Shown piece by piece: positions 27,915-37,730 of a stretch of 64,000 nucleotides of DNA; position 1 is the stretch's first letter; each line of letters begins with the position of its first letter. The stretch covers positions 64,751 to 128,750 of the forward strand of contig JAOQAD010000041.1 in assembly GCA_025963775.1 (NCBI GenBank), given 5' to 3'. A program made the position numbers and the translations under genes. The stretch is from Bacteroidota bacterium (GTDB lineage Bacteria; Bacteroidota; Bacteroidia; 2-12-FULL-35-15). Under the pieces are notes generated by a model. It saw only the letters and a program-made list of their open reading frames with translations, had not been told where the DNA came from and did no database searches.

Positions 27915-29186
27915 ATGAGAAACAGCATCTTTTTGTCTAAGAATTATGTTCTTACCTACATTACAGAATTTGCTGTACTGATTAGCGGGGTGTTGGTTTA
28001 CAAGCTTGCTGCCGGTTCATTCGGGAAAGATGCCTTCAATGAATATTCCATTTGCAGGAGGACGCTTTCCTTCATCCAGCCCCTGCTGATCATGGGATTC
28101 GGCGTAGGATTGCCAAGGTACATTGCCATTGCTTCCGCGAACAACCTTTCAAAGAAGATCTCTTCCTACTTTTATTCCGCATTCATCATTCTTGCTCTCG
28201 TGATGCTCCTTGTTTCGGTGGCATTCACGCTCTTCGACCACCAGCTTTCCTATCTCTTTTTCGGTAACGAATCATATTACACGCTTATTTATCCTTTGCT
28301 GATCATGCTTGGCGGGATGGTGCTGCATTCGCTCTGCTATTCTTTTTTCCGGGGAGAGATCAGGATGAACAGCGCCAATATACTGCAGCTGCTGAACATG
28401 GGCCTGGTGCCGATGACGATCTTTGCTTTCGGAAAGAACATTTACCAGGTATTGCTGTTCACCGGCTTCGCATGGATATCCGTTTCACTCATCTTTTTTA
28501 TTTACATCGTAATGAAGCTGAAGCCTGAAAAAGAACAGCTGTTCGAATCCGGGAAAGAGCTGCTGAAATACGGACTGCAAAGGGTTCCGGGAGATGTGGC
28601 GCTTGGTGCCTTTTTCGCTTTGCCCACTTATTTTATGGCGCATCTGGTGAACGATAACCTGGATTCTGCCGGTAACGTCGCTTTCGCGATCTCGCTGCTG
28701 AACATGATCGGTGCGGCATTCGGGCCGATCTGCCTGCTGCTGCTGCCACAGGCCAGCAAAGCCATTGCGGCAAGGGATTATGCATCACTGAAAAAATATT
28801 CGAAGGAGATTTTAATGCTTACACTAGTTGTTTCCGGCCTGGGATTGCTCATCGTGGAAATGTTCGCTTCCCCGCTGATCAGCTTTTATATGAAGGGCGA
28901 TTACCCTGGCCTTGTAACGGTGGTAAGGATCGTGATGCCTGCCTGCGTGGGCTATGCCGTATACATTTCGCTGCGCAGCATTCTCGATGCCTATCATGTG
29001 AAAGCGGTGAACACACGGAATATTTTTTTATGTTTTGTGCTTTTTACGGGATTGGCCTATCTCACCGAAATGCTTGGGTTCAGCTATTATTACATCCTGG
29101 TCGCATTCGGGTTTTCGCTTTCCCTGCTGGGAGTGCTGACGTATATGGAAACGGGCAAAATATTTAAAACAAATCAATCCAACTGA
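27915..29186 (+). CDS. Polysaccharide biosynthesis membrane protein (Wzx-type flippase family)
   Basis: 423 aa with about 12 TM, at the head of a glycosyltransferase-rich locus. Confidence 0.55.
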   Translation: MRNSIFLSKNYVLTYITEFAVLISGVLVYKLAAGSFGKDAFNEYSICRRTLSFIQPLLIMGFGVGLPRYIAIASANNLSKKISSYFYSAFIILALVMLLVSVAFTLFDHQLSYLFFGNESYYTLIYPLLIMLGGMVLHSLCYSFFRGEIRMNSANILQLLNMGLVPMTIFAFGKNIYQVLLFTGFAWISVSLIFFIYIVMKLKPEKEQLFESGKELLKYGLQRVPGDVALGAFFALPTYFMAHLVNDNLDSAGNVAFAISLLNMIGAAFGPICLLLLPQASKAIAARDYASLKKYSKEILMLTLVVSGLGLLIVEMFASPLISFYMKGDYPGLVTVVRIVMPACVGYAVYISLRSILDAYHVKAVNTRNIFLCFVLFTGLAYLTEMLGFSYYYILVAFGFSLSLLGVLTYMETGKIFKTNQSN

Positions 29187-29187
29187 T

Positions 29188-30606
29188 ATGATGCACTATG
29201 CGCTTTTATCTGTGCTGAGCCTGGCCATTTTTTTCCTGACCTGGAAGATCTGGAAAAAAACAAATGAACCGGCATTCGTGCTCGGGATCGCCCTCATTTA
29301 TTACTGGACGCTTGCCGGTGCATGGATCATCATCTTCGATTTACTGACCAACGATAAGGGAAAAAATTTCGGCGTGCATTATTATCATTACCGCGAAGCG
29401 TTGTTCTTTATTCATCTTGATAGAAGTTACCTGCTTTCCATTTTGTATTACGGGCTTTTCATGATCTGCATCCAGGCTGTCGTGTTGTACTTTTCGAAAA
29501 AGGCGGATCCTATGGAACCCGCTTCGGAGCCGGTTTACATCAATCACAAGATACTCATTGCTGCATGCATTGGCGGTGCCGTGGTGAGCTGTATGCTTGT
29601 TTGGAACGAAGTGCTTGTCGCGGCTAAGTTTAACCAGTCCATCTACGTGGTTACCCGACTTCAGCCGGGGAGGTTCGCCACTCTGCACCAACTCATCAAT
29701 TTCTGCATTGTGATCTCGCTGTACATTGGTCTCATTGCATATATCAGCGGGAAGAACGGGAAGTACATCACCGGCAATAATTCTAAAAAAATCATTTGGT
29801 TTTATATTTTCTGCGTGTTTTTCGTTGAAGGTTACCTGCTTCTTCTGGGCAATAAGCGGGAGATTTTATTTGCCGGCATATTCGGTGCATTGTTTTATGT
29901 CAGTAACGTATCTGGCAAAGTAAAATGGCAGCCTATTGCAATGCTCATCGTTATCATTTTTACACCGATGCTGTTTAATGACGGATTGCGTGCCTATTCC
30001 CCGCAATGGCTTACGCGTTATTTTGATACAACCGGCTTAGAACTTCACATCGACCAGGTTGTTGAGTATACCGAGTTCTCTGTTAAGAGCTCTGCGCTCG
30101 CTTTCCTGTTCAGCAATGAAATGTTCAGCGCGCACTTTTCCATGTACGGGCTCATCTCGCAGCATGTGCCTTTCACGTATGGCGCAAGCATCTGGAGTTT
30201 TATATATTCATTGGTGCCACGCGTATTGCTTCCCAACCGGCCTCAGGATTCGTATGAATATTATGTGCAGAGTGTTCATGCGCTGAAAGGACAAGGCTAT
30301 ACCATTCATCATGCAAGCGGTTGGTATATTAATTTTGGATTGCCGGGCGTTTTATTCGGAGGCGCTTTCCTGGGCTTCCTGTGGTCATGGTTTTTCAACA
30401 AGATGCATGAGCTGAAAAGAATTCTCAATAAATTCATGAAATTATTCTTCATCATAGGAATGCTTGTGTTTACAGCACAGCTGCCAACATTAATGCGCAG
30501 CGGCCCCGAAGCATACAAGGCGCTGATCTTTGAAGCGCTGATCATCCCAACGGTGATCATCTATTTTTCATCACTGTTTGTAAAAAAGGAGAAGAAGGAT
30601 GCTTAA
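29188..30606 (+). CDS. Polytopic membrane protein, putative oligosaccharide repeat-unit polymerase (Wzy-like)
   Basis: 472 aa with about 10-12 TM and a large periplasmic loop. Position and topology are the only evidence. Confidence 0.4.
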   Translation: MMHYALLSVLSLAIFFLTWKIWKKTNEPAFVLGIALIYYWTLAGAWIIIFDLLTNDKGKNFGVHYYHYREALFFIHLDRSYLLSILYYGLFMICIQAVVLYFSKKADPMEPASEPVYINHKILIAACIGGAVVSCMLVWNEVLVAAKFNQSIYVVTRLQPGRFATLHQLINFCIVISLYIGLIAYISGKNGKYITGNNSKKIIWFYIFCVFFVEGYLLLLGNKREILFAGIFGALFYVSNVSGKVKWQPIAMLIVIIFTPMLFNDGLRAYSPQWLTRYFDTTGLELHIDQVVEYTEFSVKSSALAFLFSNEMFSAHFSMYGLISQHVPFTYGASIWSFIYSLVPRVLLPNRPQDSYEYYVQSVHALKGQGYTIHHASGWYINFGLPGVLFGGAFLGFLWSWFFNKMHELKRILNKFMKLFFIIGMLVFTAQLPTLMRSGPEAYKALIFEALIIPTVIIYFSSLFVKKEKKDA

Positions 30607-31528
30607 AGTGCTGATCACGGGAGCAAGTGGATTTGTCGGCCGGCATTTGCTGGATGGCATTGATACAACGCGTTTTGAAATCAGCGTGATCACAAGGGAT
30701 CTCAATAAGAAGATCCCGCTGCTTCCTGCAGGGGCAAAAATAATGCAGGCCGACCTGAATGATGAGGCGTCGCTGGTAAAGGCAACCGCGGGTATCGATG
30801 TATTGATCAATACCGCTGCCGAAGTCAGGAATACTGCACAGTTGGCTGAAACGAATATAGAAGGCACAAAAAAGCTGATCCGTGCCATCTTGGAAAATAA
30901 AGTTCCGAAGCTGGTCCACCTGAGCAGCGTTGGAGTGGTGGGCATGCAATACAGCAGCAAGCCTGTAGCTGTTGATGAACAGGCTGCCTGCGATCCGAAG
31001 AATGAATACGAGCGCACCAAACTGGAATCCGAACGATTGCTGAAGGAAGCAAGCCTGAAGTATGGCTTTCAGCTCGTGATCCTGCGCCCTACAAATGTAT
31101 TTGGGGAATCCCATCCTTTCAATGCACTGCTGAATATGGCGCAACACATCGCATCCGGGAAGCCGCTGCTGCAAAGCCCCGGGGCGATGGTCAATTATGT
31201 GTATGTGAAAGACCTTACAGCGGCGATCCTTGCTTTCGCTGATATGGCGGCTCCTGCAGGCACCTACAATGTCGGCGAGGCGATGAGCCTGGAGGATTTT
31301 ACCGCGCTGATGTCAACTGCGCTGCATAAAAAGAAAAACACCATCACAGTGCCGCAGTTTTTAATTAATTTTATGGGCATGATCGGGCTGAAGAAATTCA
31401 ACGCGGTCTCCAACAAAGTGGAATACGATGATTCGGCACTGAAAAATGTGTTCGGTTATCCTTACGGAATAAAAAAAGGAGTGGAAAACACCATTGCATA
31501 CTATAAGCAGGAAGGGCTGCTGAAATGA
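30599..31528 (+). CDS. NAD-dependent sugar epimerase/dehydratase (SDR family)
   Basis: 'VLITGASGFVGRHL' Rossmann motif. Confidence 0.8.
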   Translation: MLKVLITGASGFVGRHLLDGIDTTRFEISVITRDLNKKIPLLPAGAKIMQADLNDEASLVKATAGIDVLINTAAEVRNTAQLAETNIEGTKKLIRAILENKVPKLVHLSSVGVVGMQYSSKPVAVDEQAACDPKNEYERTKLESERLLKEASLKYGFQLVILRPTNVFGESHPFNALLNMAQHIASGKPLLQSPGAMVNYVYVKDLTAAILAFADMAAPAGTYNVGEAMSLEDFTALMSTALHKKKNTITVPQFLINFMGMIGLKKFNAVSNKVEYDDSALKNVFGYPYGIKKGVENTIAYYKQEGLLK

Positions 31529-32601
31529 GGATCTGCTATTTCGCCGATGGGGAAAGTATTCACGTGCAGCGCTGGTGCCGGCATTTTGCTTCGCTCGGGC
31601 ACGAGGTTCATTTGATCTCATTTAAAAACGTGGAGATCGAAAATGTGCAAACACATTTCATCAGCTCCGGCAGCATTGCTGTTTCGGGCGGCAACTGGAA
31701 AGTATTGCTGAAGTTCCGCGAGGTCAAAGCCCTGCTGAAAAAAATAAAGCCAGACATCCTGCATGCGCATTACGCCACCAGCTACGGTATTACCGGCGCG
31801 CTCTGCGGATTTCACCCATACGTGATCACCGCTTTAGGCTCCGATGTGCTCATCAGTCCGCAGCGCTCGATCCTGTACAGGATGCTCCTGAAGTTCGCGT
31901 TTTCGAAGGCCGACTGGATCACAGCCATGGCAGACCACATGAGAAACGCGATGATCAGGATGGGAGTGCCGCCTTCAAAAACAGATACAGTCCCGTTCGG
32001 GATCGACCCGGAGATCTTTAATGACAAAGGAAGAAGCCTGCCCGCCGTTAAGTTTGTGATCACCAGCACCCGCAATTTTGAGCCGGTGTACAACATTCCG
32101 CATCTCATCAATGCCGTTGCGATGGCGAAAGAGAAACTCCACAATTTGCAGCTCAACATGATCGGTGCAGGCTCCTTAAAACCGGAGATCGAAGCGCTGA
32201 TCGCAGAGAAAGGGTTGAATGCGCAGGTGAAATTTTTTGGGAAAGTGCCACAGCCTGTGATCGCGGAAACGCTGAGGGAATCGCATTTATTCATTACTGT
32301 TTCGCTTTCCGATGGAAACAACATTTCCCTGAATGAAGCAATGGCCTGCGGGGCATTCTGCATTGCTACCGATATTCCCGCAAACACACAATGGATCGAG
32401 GATGGAAAGAACGGGTTTTTAGTACAGGTAAATGATGTAAAAGGATTAGTGGAGAAAATCGTAAATTCATACCAGCATTATGAAGAGCTGCAGCAAAGAG
32501 CATTGCCTTTGAATAAAAGGATCATTGCCGACCGTGCCATCTGGTCGGTGAACATGCTGGCAGTGGAGAAAAAATATAAATCATTAACCGGGAAAGAATG
32601 A
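31525..32601 (+). CDS. Glycosyltransferase family 4 (GT-B)
   Basis: GT4-like N-terminus and C-terminal sugar-donor-binding region. 4-nt overlap with its neighbours. Confidence 0.75.
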   Translation: MRICYFADGESIHVQRWCRHFASLGHEVHLISFKNVEIENVQTHFISSGSIAVSGGNWKVLLKFREVKALLKKIKPDILHAHYATSYGITGALCGFHPYVITALGSDVLISPQRSILYRMLLKFAFSKADWITAMADHMRNAMIRMGVPPSKTDTVPFGIDPEIFNDKGRSLPAVKFVITSTRNFEPVYNIPHLINAVAMAKEKLHNLQLNMIGAGSLKPEIEALIAEKGLNAQVKFFGKVPQPVIAETLRESHLFITVSLSDGNNISLNEAMACGAFCIATDIPANTQWIEDGKNGFLVQVNDVKGLVEKIVNSYQHYEELQQRALPLNKRIIADRAIWSVNMLAVEKKYKSLTGKE

Positions 32602-33131
32602 ATCCTAAACTTGTAATTATAGGTGCAGGCGGCCATGCGAAGGTGGTGTGTGATGCTGTTGAAAGCAGCGGCGACTACCGCATTGCAGGGTTTGTGGATG
32701 CAAATGTCCCGGTCGGGACGCTTGTAACACCGGGATATAAAGTGATCCTTCACCAGGATAATCTCGATAAATTAAAATCCTATGCCGATTATTTTATCGT
32801 TGCCATCGGGAACAACAAAGTGCGCGAAGAGCTGTACAACAGGCTTTCCAAAATACTGAAGCCGGCAACGGTGATCCATCCTTCTGCTGCTGTTGCAGGC
32901 ACTGCGGAGCTGAAAGCCGGTTCTGTGATCCTTGCAAACGCTGTTGTGAGCGCATTCAGCATCATCGGTGAAAATACGATCGTGAATGCAGGCGTAGTGG
33001 TGGATCACGAAAGTGTGATCGGCAATCATGTTCATTTATCGATCGGCACCGTGGTTGGAAGCAACTCATCAGTAGCGGATCATACGGTGACTGACATTGG
33101 CCGGTACATTAATGCTTTTTCAAAATTATGA
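32598..33131 (+). CDS. Sugar O/N-acetyltransferase, NeuD/PglD family (left-handed beta-helix)
   Basis: 'LVIIGAGGHAKVV' N-terminus plus hexapeptide repeats. Confidence 0.75.
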   Translation: MNPKLVIIGAGGHAKVVCDAVESSGDYRIAGFVDANVPVGTLVTPGYKVILHQDNLDKLKSYADYFIVAIGNNKVREELYNRLSKILKPATVIHPSAAVAGTAELKAGSVILANAVVSAFSIIGENTIVNAGVVVDHESVIGNHVHLSIGTVVGSNSSVADHTVTDIGRYINAFSKL

Positions 33132-34144
33132 GAACGAAAAAAGTAGCGATCGTGATCCCCTGCCGGAATGAGGAAAAGTACATCGGGCTTTGCCTTGATT
33201 CCATTTTAAAACAGGATTATCCGCAGGAACTGCTTGAAGTGTTTGTCTGCGACGGAAAAAGCACCGACAAAACAATTGAGATCGTGAATGCCTATGCTGC
33301 GAAGCACACAACTATCCATTACCTGCTGAATGAAAAGCAGACCACGCCTTTTGCACTGAACCTCGGGATCAGGAGATCGGATGCCGATGTCAAGATCATT
33401 CTTGGTGCGCATTCGGAGCTGTACCCTGATTATGTAAGCAATTGCATCTCTGCATTTGAGATGGAGGAGAACATTGGCTGCACTGGCGGGATCATTGAAA
33501 ATGTATACGAGAATGAAGCTTCAGAGATCATCGGCAAAGCTATGTCATCCGGCTTTGGCGTTGGTAATGCGCATTTCCGGACGGGCGCGAAAGATGGCCT
33601 GGTTGATACGGTCGCCTTTGGAGCTTACAAAAAAGAAGTGTTTGAAAAGATCGGCTATTTTGATGAAGAGCTGGTGAGGAACCAGGATGATGAGTTCAAT
33701 TACCGCCTGCTGAAGAATGGCTTCCGCATTTACCTGTTCCGCGCGATCCGCTGCAAATACTATGTTCGCGCCTCTTTTCAAAAGCTGTTCAGGCAGTATT
33801 TTCAATACGGCTACTGGAAAGTGTATGTGGGAAAAAAGCACAAGGCGGTCACTACCACGAGGCAGATGATCCCTTTGCTTTTTGTGCTGTACCTGGTTTT
33901 CGGAGCGGTATGTGCTGCATTCAATAAGTATTTAGGCATTGCCTATTTAGCCGGATTGCTGGTTTACCTGCTGGCGGCATTCTATTCCGCAGCAAGGATC
34001 AGTTCCGGGTTTGTGCAGACCCTGCAGCTGATGCGCTGCTTTTTTATTTTGCATTTCAGCTATGGCTGGGGCTACTTCAGAGGGATCATCGATTTTCTGC
34101 TGCTCGGAAAAACGGTGGCAAAAGATGAATTAATAACACGTTAA
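33128..34144 (+). CDS. Glycosyltransferase family 2 with C-terminal TM helices
   Basis: 'VAIVIPCRNEEKYI' and 'DGKSTD' GT2 motifs. Confidence 0.8.
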   Translation: MRTKKVAIVIPCRNEEKYIGLCLDSILKQDYPQELLEVFVCDGKSTDKTIEIVNAYAAKHTTIHYLLNEKQTTPFALNLGIRRSDADVKIILGAHSELYPDYVSNCISAFEMEENIGCTGGIIENVYENEASEIIGKAMSSGFGVGNAHFRTGAKDGLVDTVAFGAYKKEVFEKIGYFDEELVRNQDDEFNYRLLKNGFRIYLFRAIRCKYYVRASFQKLFRQYFQYGYWKVYVGKKHKAVTTTRQMIPLLFVLYLVFGAVCAAFNKYLGIAYLAGLLVYLLAAFYSAARISSGFVQTLQLMRCFFILHFSYGWGYFRGIIDFLLLGKTVAKDELITR

Positions 34145-35379
34145 TGTTAAACAAGAATATACATACCGGGGCCTATTACTACTTTTCCATGTGCATCGCA
34201 TTCTGCCTGCCCTTCGGAAGGCTAACGCCTGTTTTTATCGGCCTGCTTGTTCTTAACTGGCTGCTGGAGGGAGACCTGAAGAATAAATTCAGGCTGATCC
34301 TCCGCAACAAATGGTGCTGGCTCTTTACTTCTCTCTACTTTATTCATATTGCCGGTATGGCATTCACACATTATATCGACCTGGGTTTGTTTGACCTCGA
34401 GGTGAAGCTTTCTATCCTCGTGTTTCCATGGATCTTTGCCACGCGGCCCTTGGCAACCGAACAGATCAACAAGGTATTCAACGCATTTGTTGCCGGTGGC
34501 GTGGTTTCATCCCTTTTCCTGCTGGGGCGTGCTGCTTATTTTTTCTTTTCTGCCGGTGAAAACAGGTTCTTTTACGAGGCATTTTCTGTGCTCGCCCATA
34601 CCAGCTACATTTCCATGTATTTTAATTTCCTGATGGCCTGGATCATACTTGGCCTGCTCAAAAAAGGAACACTTCGCGCCTCCTATAGTGTGGCATTGAG
34701 TTGGGGGCTGCTCGTTTTCTTTAGCATCATCATCATTCTGTTGTCCTCTAAAATGGGAATGATCCTCATGGTGTTGATGTTCCTTTGTTTCGGCTCCTAT
34801 TATGTGCTGAGGTCGGGAAGGTACATTGCTGGTGCTGTGGCTGTCATTTGCCTTGCCGGTGGGCTTTTTTTTGTAGCGAAGAACGTACCTGTTATTCATA
34901 GCCGGGTTCAGTATGCCATTGCAGCTTTTACAAAACCGAAGATCGATATTACCAGCAATGAAAGTTCAGAAGTGCGGATGCTCGTTTGGGGTGTTGCGAA
35001 CCAGCTCATTAAAGAAAATTTTTTCACAGGAGTTGGTACCGGTGATGCAAAGCCGATGTTGTTAAGGGCTTATGCCTCAAAGGGAATGAAAGGTGCTTTC
35101 GAACACAGGCTGAATGCGCACAATGAGTTTTACCAGGTATTTGTTGCAGTAGGGCTCTTCGGCTTTCTTATTTTGCTGGGATGCCTTATTTTTCCGCTGA
35201 TACTGGCATTCAGGGGCTCCTGCATTATGTACCTGGTGTTTTTGCTCCTGGTCATCCTTAATTTTATTCCCGAATCCATGCTGGAGACACAGGCTGGCGT
35301 GATGTTTTATGCCTTCATAAACGCGATGTTGTTTTTCAGCATTGTAAGAAAAGAGGATCCCGCAATTATAACGGTATGA
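34144..35379 (+). CDS. O-antigen ligase / Wzy_C-family membrane protein
   Basis: 411 aa polytopic protein with a periplasmic loop in the C-terminal third. Confidence 0.5.
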   Translation: MLNKNIHTGAYYYFSMCIAFCLPFGRLTPVFIGLLVLNWLLEGDLKNKFRLILRNKWCWLFTSLYFIHIAGMAFTHYIDLGLFDLEVKLSILVFPWIFATRPLATEQINKVFNAFVAGGVVSSLFLLGRAAYFFFSAGENRFFYEAFSVLAHTSYISMYFNFLMAWIILGLLKKGTLRASYSVALSWGLLVFFSIIIILLSSKMGMILMVLMFLCFGSYYVLRSGRYIAGAVAVICLAGGLFFVAKNVPVIHSRVQYAIAAFTKPKIDITSNESSEVRMLVWGVANQLIKENFFTGVGTGDAKPMLLRAYASKGMKGAFEHRLNAHNEFYQVFVAVGLFGFLILLGCLIFPLILAFRGSCIMYLVFLLLVILNFIPESMLETQAGVMFYAFINAMLFFSIVRKEDPAIITV

Positions 35380-35795
35380 GAAACATGGAAAAATACACAG
35401 ATCATAACATCGTCTTTTTTGACGGTGTCTGCAATTTCTGTAATTCAACGGTAGACAAGATCTGGGCAAACAATAAAAAGAAGAACATCTATTATTCGTC
35501 CCTGCAATCGGAATTCGCGAAAGAATTTTTAGGCAAGAACGGCATCAGCGCCACCGATCTCGATACCGTGATCTATTACACGAAAGGAAAATTTTACATG
35601 CGCTCATCAGCCATCCTGCAGATCGCGAAAGAGCTGAAGGGGCCGTATCGCCTCATGCCTGCTTTCTTTATCGTTCCTGCTTTCCTGAGGGATTCGGTTT
35701 ACAGATGGTTTGCAAAGAACAGGTATAAGTTCTTCGGGAAAAAAGAGACCTGCAGGATCCCGGCGCCGGAAGAAAGAAACTATTTTTTAGAATAA
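35376..35795 (+). CDS. DCC1-like thiol-disulfide oxidoreductase (DUF393)
   Basis: 'FFDGVCNFCN' CxxC motif and family-typical length. Confidence 0.7.
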   Translation: MRNMEKYTDHNIVFFDGVCNFCNSTVDKIWANNKKKNIYYSSLQSEFAKEFLGKNGISATDLDTVIYYTKGKFYMRSSAILQIAKELKGPYRLMPAFFIVPAFLRDSVYRWFAKNRYKFFGKKETCRIPAPEERNYFLE

Positions 35796-35810
35796 CATAA
35801 TCATAAAAAC

Positions 35811-37019
35811 ATGATCCCATTTTCACCACCCCGCATCGACCAGAAGATCATCGACGAAGTCACAAAAGTGCTTCAGTCAGGCTGGATCACCACCGGGCCG
35901 CGCACCAAGCAATTTGAAAAAGAGCTTACCGCTTATTGCGGCAATGCATCCACACTGTGCCTGAACAGCGCCACAGCCGGGCTCGAGATCATGCTGCGCT
36001 GGTTTGGCGTAACCGAAGGCGATGAAGTGATCCTGCCGGCATACACGTATTCGGCAACAGCCAACGTGGTGATGCATTGCGGTGCAACACCTGTTTTCGT
36101 GGACGTGAACGCAGATGATTTTAACATCTCCCTCAGCAACATCGAAAAGGCGATCACTGCTAAAACAAAGGTCATCATGCCGGTCGATTTCGGCGGCTAT
36201 CCCTGCGATTATGATGCCATCAACGCGCTTGTGAAAAAGCATGCAGGCATATTCAGCGCTGCTACGGAAGAGCAGAAAATGCTGGGAAGAGTTTTGGTGC
36301 TTTCCGATTCGGCGCATTCATTCGGCGCCTGGTACAAAGGGAAAAGAGCAGGTTCTTTAACCGACATTTCGGTGTTTTCCTTTCATGCGGTGAAAAACCT
36401 GACAACAGCGGAAGGCGGGGCTGTTGCATTGAACCTTCCTGCACCTTTTGATAATGAAGCTGTGTACAAAGCATTGTGCGTAAAAACACTGCACGGGCAG
36501 GATAAGGACGCGCTTGCAAAAACACAAAAGGGAAACTGGCGCTACGACATCGTGGAAGCGGGTTATAAATGCAACATGACGGATATTATGGCAGCGATCG
36601 GGCAGATAGAGCTGGAGCGGTACGACAGCGATACATTACCGAGAAGAAAAGTGATCTGTGAGCAGTATTCGGCTGCATTGGCAAACTACAGCTGGGCGCA
36701 GTTGCCGGTATTGAAGAATGAAAATACGGAAGGCTGCTATCACCTGTATCCCTTGCGGATCAAAGGCATCAGCGAAGCGCAGCGGGATGCGGTCATCAAA
36801 GAGATTTTCGATTGTGATGTTTCTGTGAATGTGCATTTTATTCCCGTACCGATGATGAGCTTTTATGCAAAGCTTGGATACGATGTAAAGAATTATCCTG
36901 TAACCTTTGATAATTATTCACGCGAAATTTCACTGCCGATCTTTTATAACCTTGATGATGTGATGGTGAAAAAAGTGATCGATGCGGTGCTGAGTTCTGT
37001 GGTGAAGGTGATTGGTTAG
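35811..37019 (+). CDS. DegT/DnrJ/EryC1/StrS-family PLP-dependent sugar aminotransferase
   Basis: Family N-terminus 'IPFSPPRIDQKIIDEVTKVLQSGWITTGP'. Confidence 0.88.
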   Translation: MIPFSPPRIDQKIIDEVTKVLQSGWITTGPRTKQFEKELTAYCGNASTLCLNSATAGLEIMLRWFGVTEGDEVILPAYTYSATANVVMHCGATPVFVDVNADDFNISLSNIEKAITAKTKVIMPVDFGGYPCDYDAINALVKKHAGIFSAATEEQKMLGRVLVLSDSAHSFGAWYKGKRAGSLTDISVFSFHAVKNLTTAEGGAVALNLPAPFDNEAVYKALCVKTLHGQDKDALAKTQKGNWRYDIVEAGYKCNMTDIMAAIGQIELERYDSDTLPRRKVICEQYSAALANYSWAQLPVLKNENTEGCYHLYPLRIKGISEAQRDAVIKEIFDCDVSVNVHFIPVPMMSFYAKLGYDVKNYPVTFDNYSREISLPIFYNLDDVMVKKVIDAVLSSVVKVIG

Positions 37020-37033
37020 ATGTCTTACTATTA

Positions 37034-37120
37034 TACGTCATCCCGTGCCACGACACGGGATCTGTCAATAAGTAACTGCTAACATTTATGGGATCCCGTG
37101 TCGGAGCACGGGATGACGAT
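37034..37120. repeat. Inverted pair of GTCATCCCGTG hairpin repeats
   Basis: 'cgtcatcccgtgccacgacacgggatctg' ... 'ggatcccgtgtcggagcacgggatgacg'. Confidence 0.8.
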
Positions 37121-37140
37121 CAACAAAAAAATATAATTTA

Positions 37141-37728
37141 TTGAAAAGATTATTCGACATATTTTTTTCCCTTATTGGCTTAGCGATCCTGCTGGTCCCT
37201 TTCCTCGTCATTGCGCTTATCATCGCGCTGGATTCACGTGGCGGAATTTTTTACAGGCAGGTGAGGGTAGGGAAGAAGGGGAAGGATTTTAAGTTGTTTA
37301 AATTCCGCTCGATGCGCAGCAATGCGGATAAGTCAGGGTTGCTTACTGTTGGCGGGCGCGACAACCGCATCACGCGCGTGGGGTATTATATCCGCAAGTA
37401 CAAAGTGGATGAGCTGCCGCAGCTGATCAATGTGCTCATCGGCGATATGAGCCTTGTAGGGCCAAGGCCTGAAGTAAGGAAGTATGTGGATCTGTACAGT
37501 GCAGAACAGCTGAAAGTGCTGGATGCAAAGCCCGGGATCACCGATTATGCAAGCATCGAGTACAGCAATGAGAATGAGATCCTCGGAAAAGCAAGCGACC
37601 CGGAAAAAGTGTACATCGAAGAGATCATGCCGGCGAAGCTCAGGCTGAACTTAAAATACATCAGCGAGCTGGGAGTGCTCACCGATTTCAAAATTATTTT
37701 TAAAACGATATTTAAGATACTCAGGTAA
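37141..37728 (+). CDS. Small polyprenyl-phosphate sugar-phosphotransferase (PglC/WcaJ C-terminal-domain type)
   Basis: 'LFKFRSM' and 'DELPQLINVLIGDMSLVGPRP' motifs. A TTG start is implied. Confidence 0.85.
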   Translation: MKRLFDIFFSLIGLAILLVPFLVIALIIALDSRGGIFYRQVRVGKKGKDFKLFKFRSMRSNADKSGLLTVGGRDNRITRVGYYIRKYKVDELPQLINVLIGDMSLVGPRPEVRKYVDLYSAEQLKVLDAKPGITDYASIEYSNENEILGKASDPEKVYIEEIMPAKLRLNLKYISELGVLTDFKIIFKTIFKILR

Positions 37729-37730
37729 GG

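Noticed and set aside
29188-35379. Assigning one specific gene as Wzy polymerase and the other as WaaL ligase
   Set aside because: Both 29188-30606 and 34144-35379 are polytopic proteins with a large periplasmic loop. Sequence alone, without a profile search, does not discriminate polymerase from ligase, so both are reported with low confidence.
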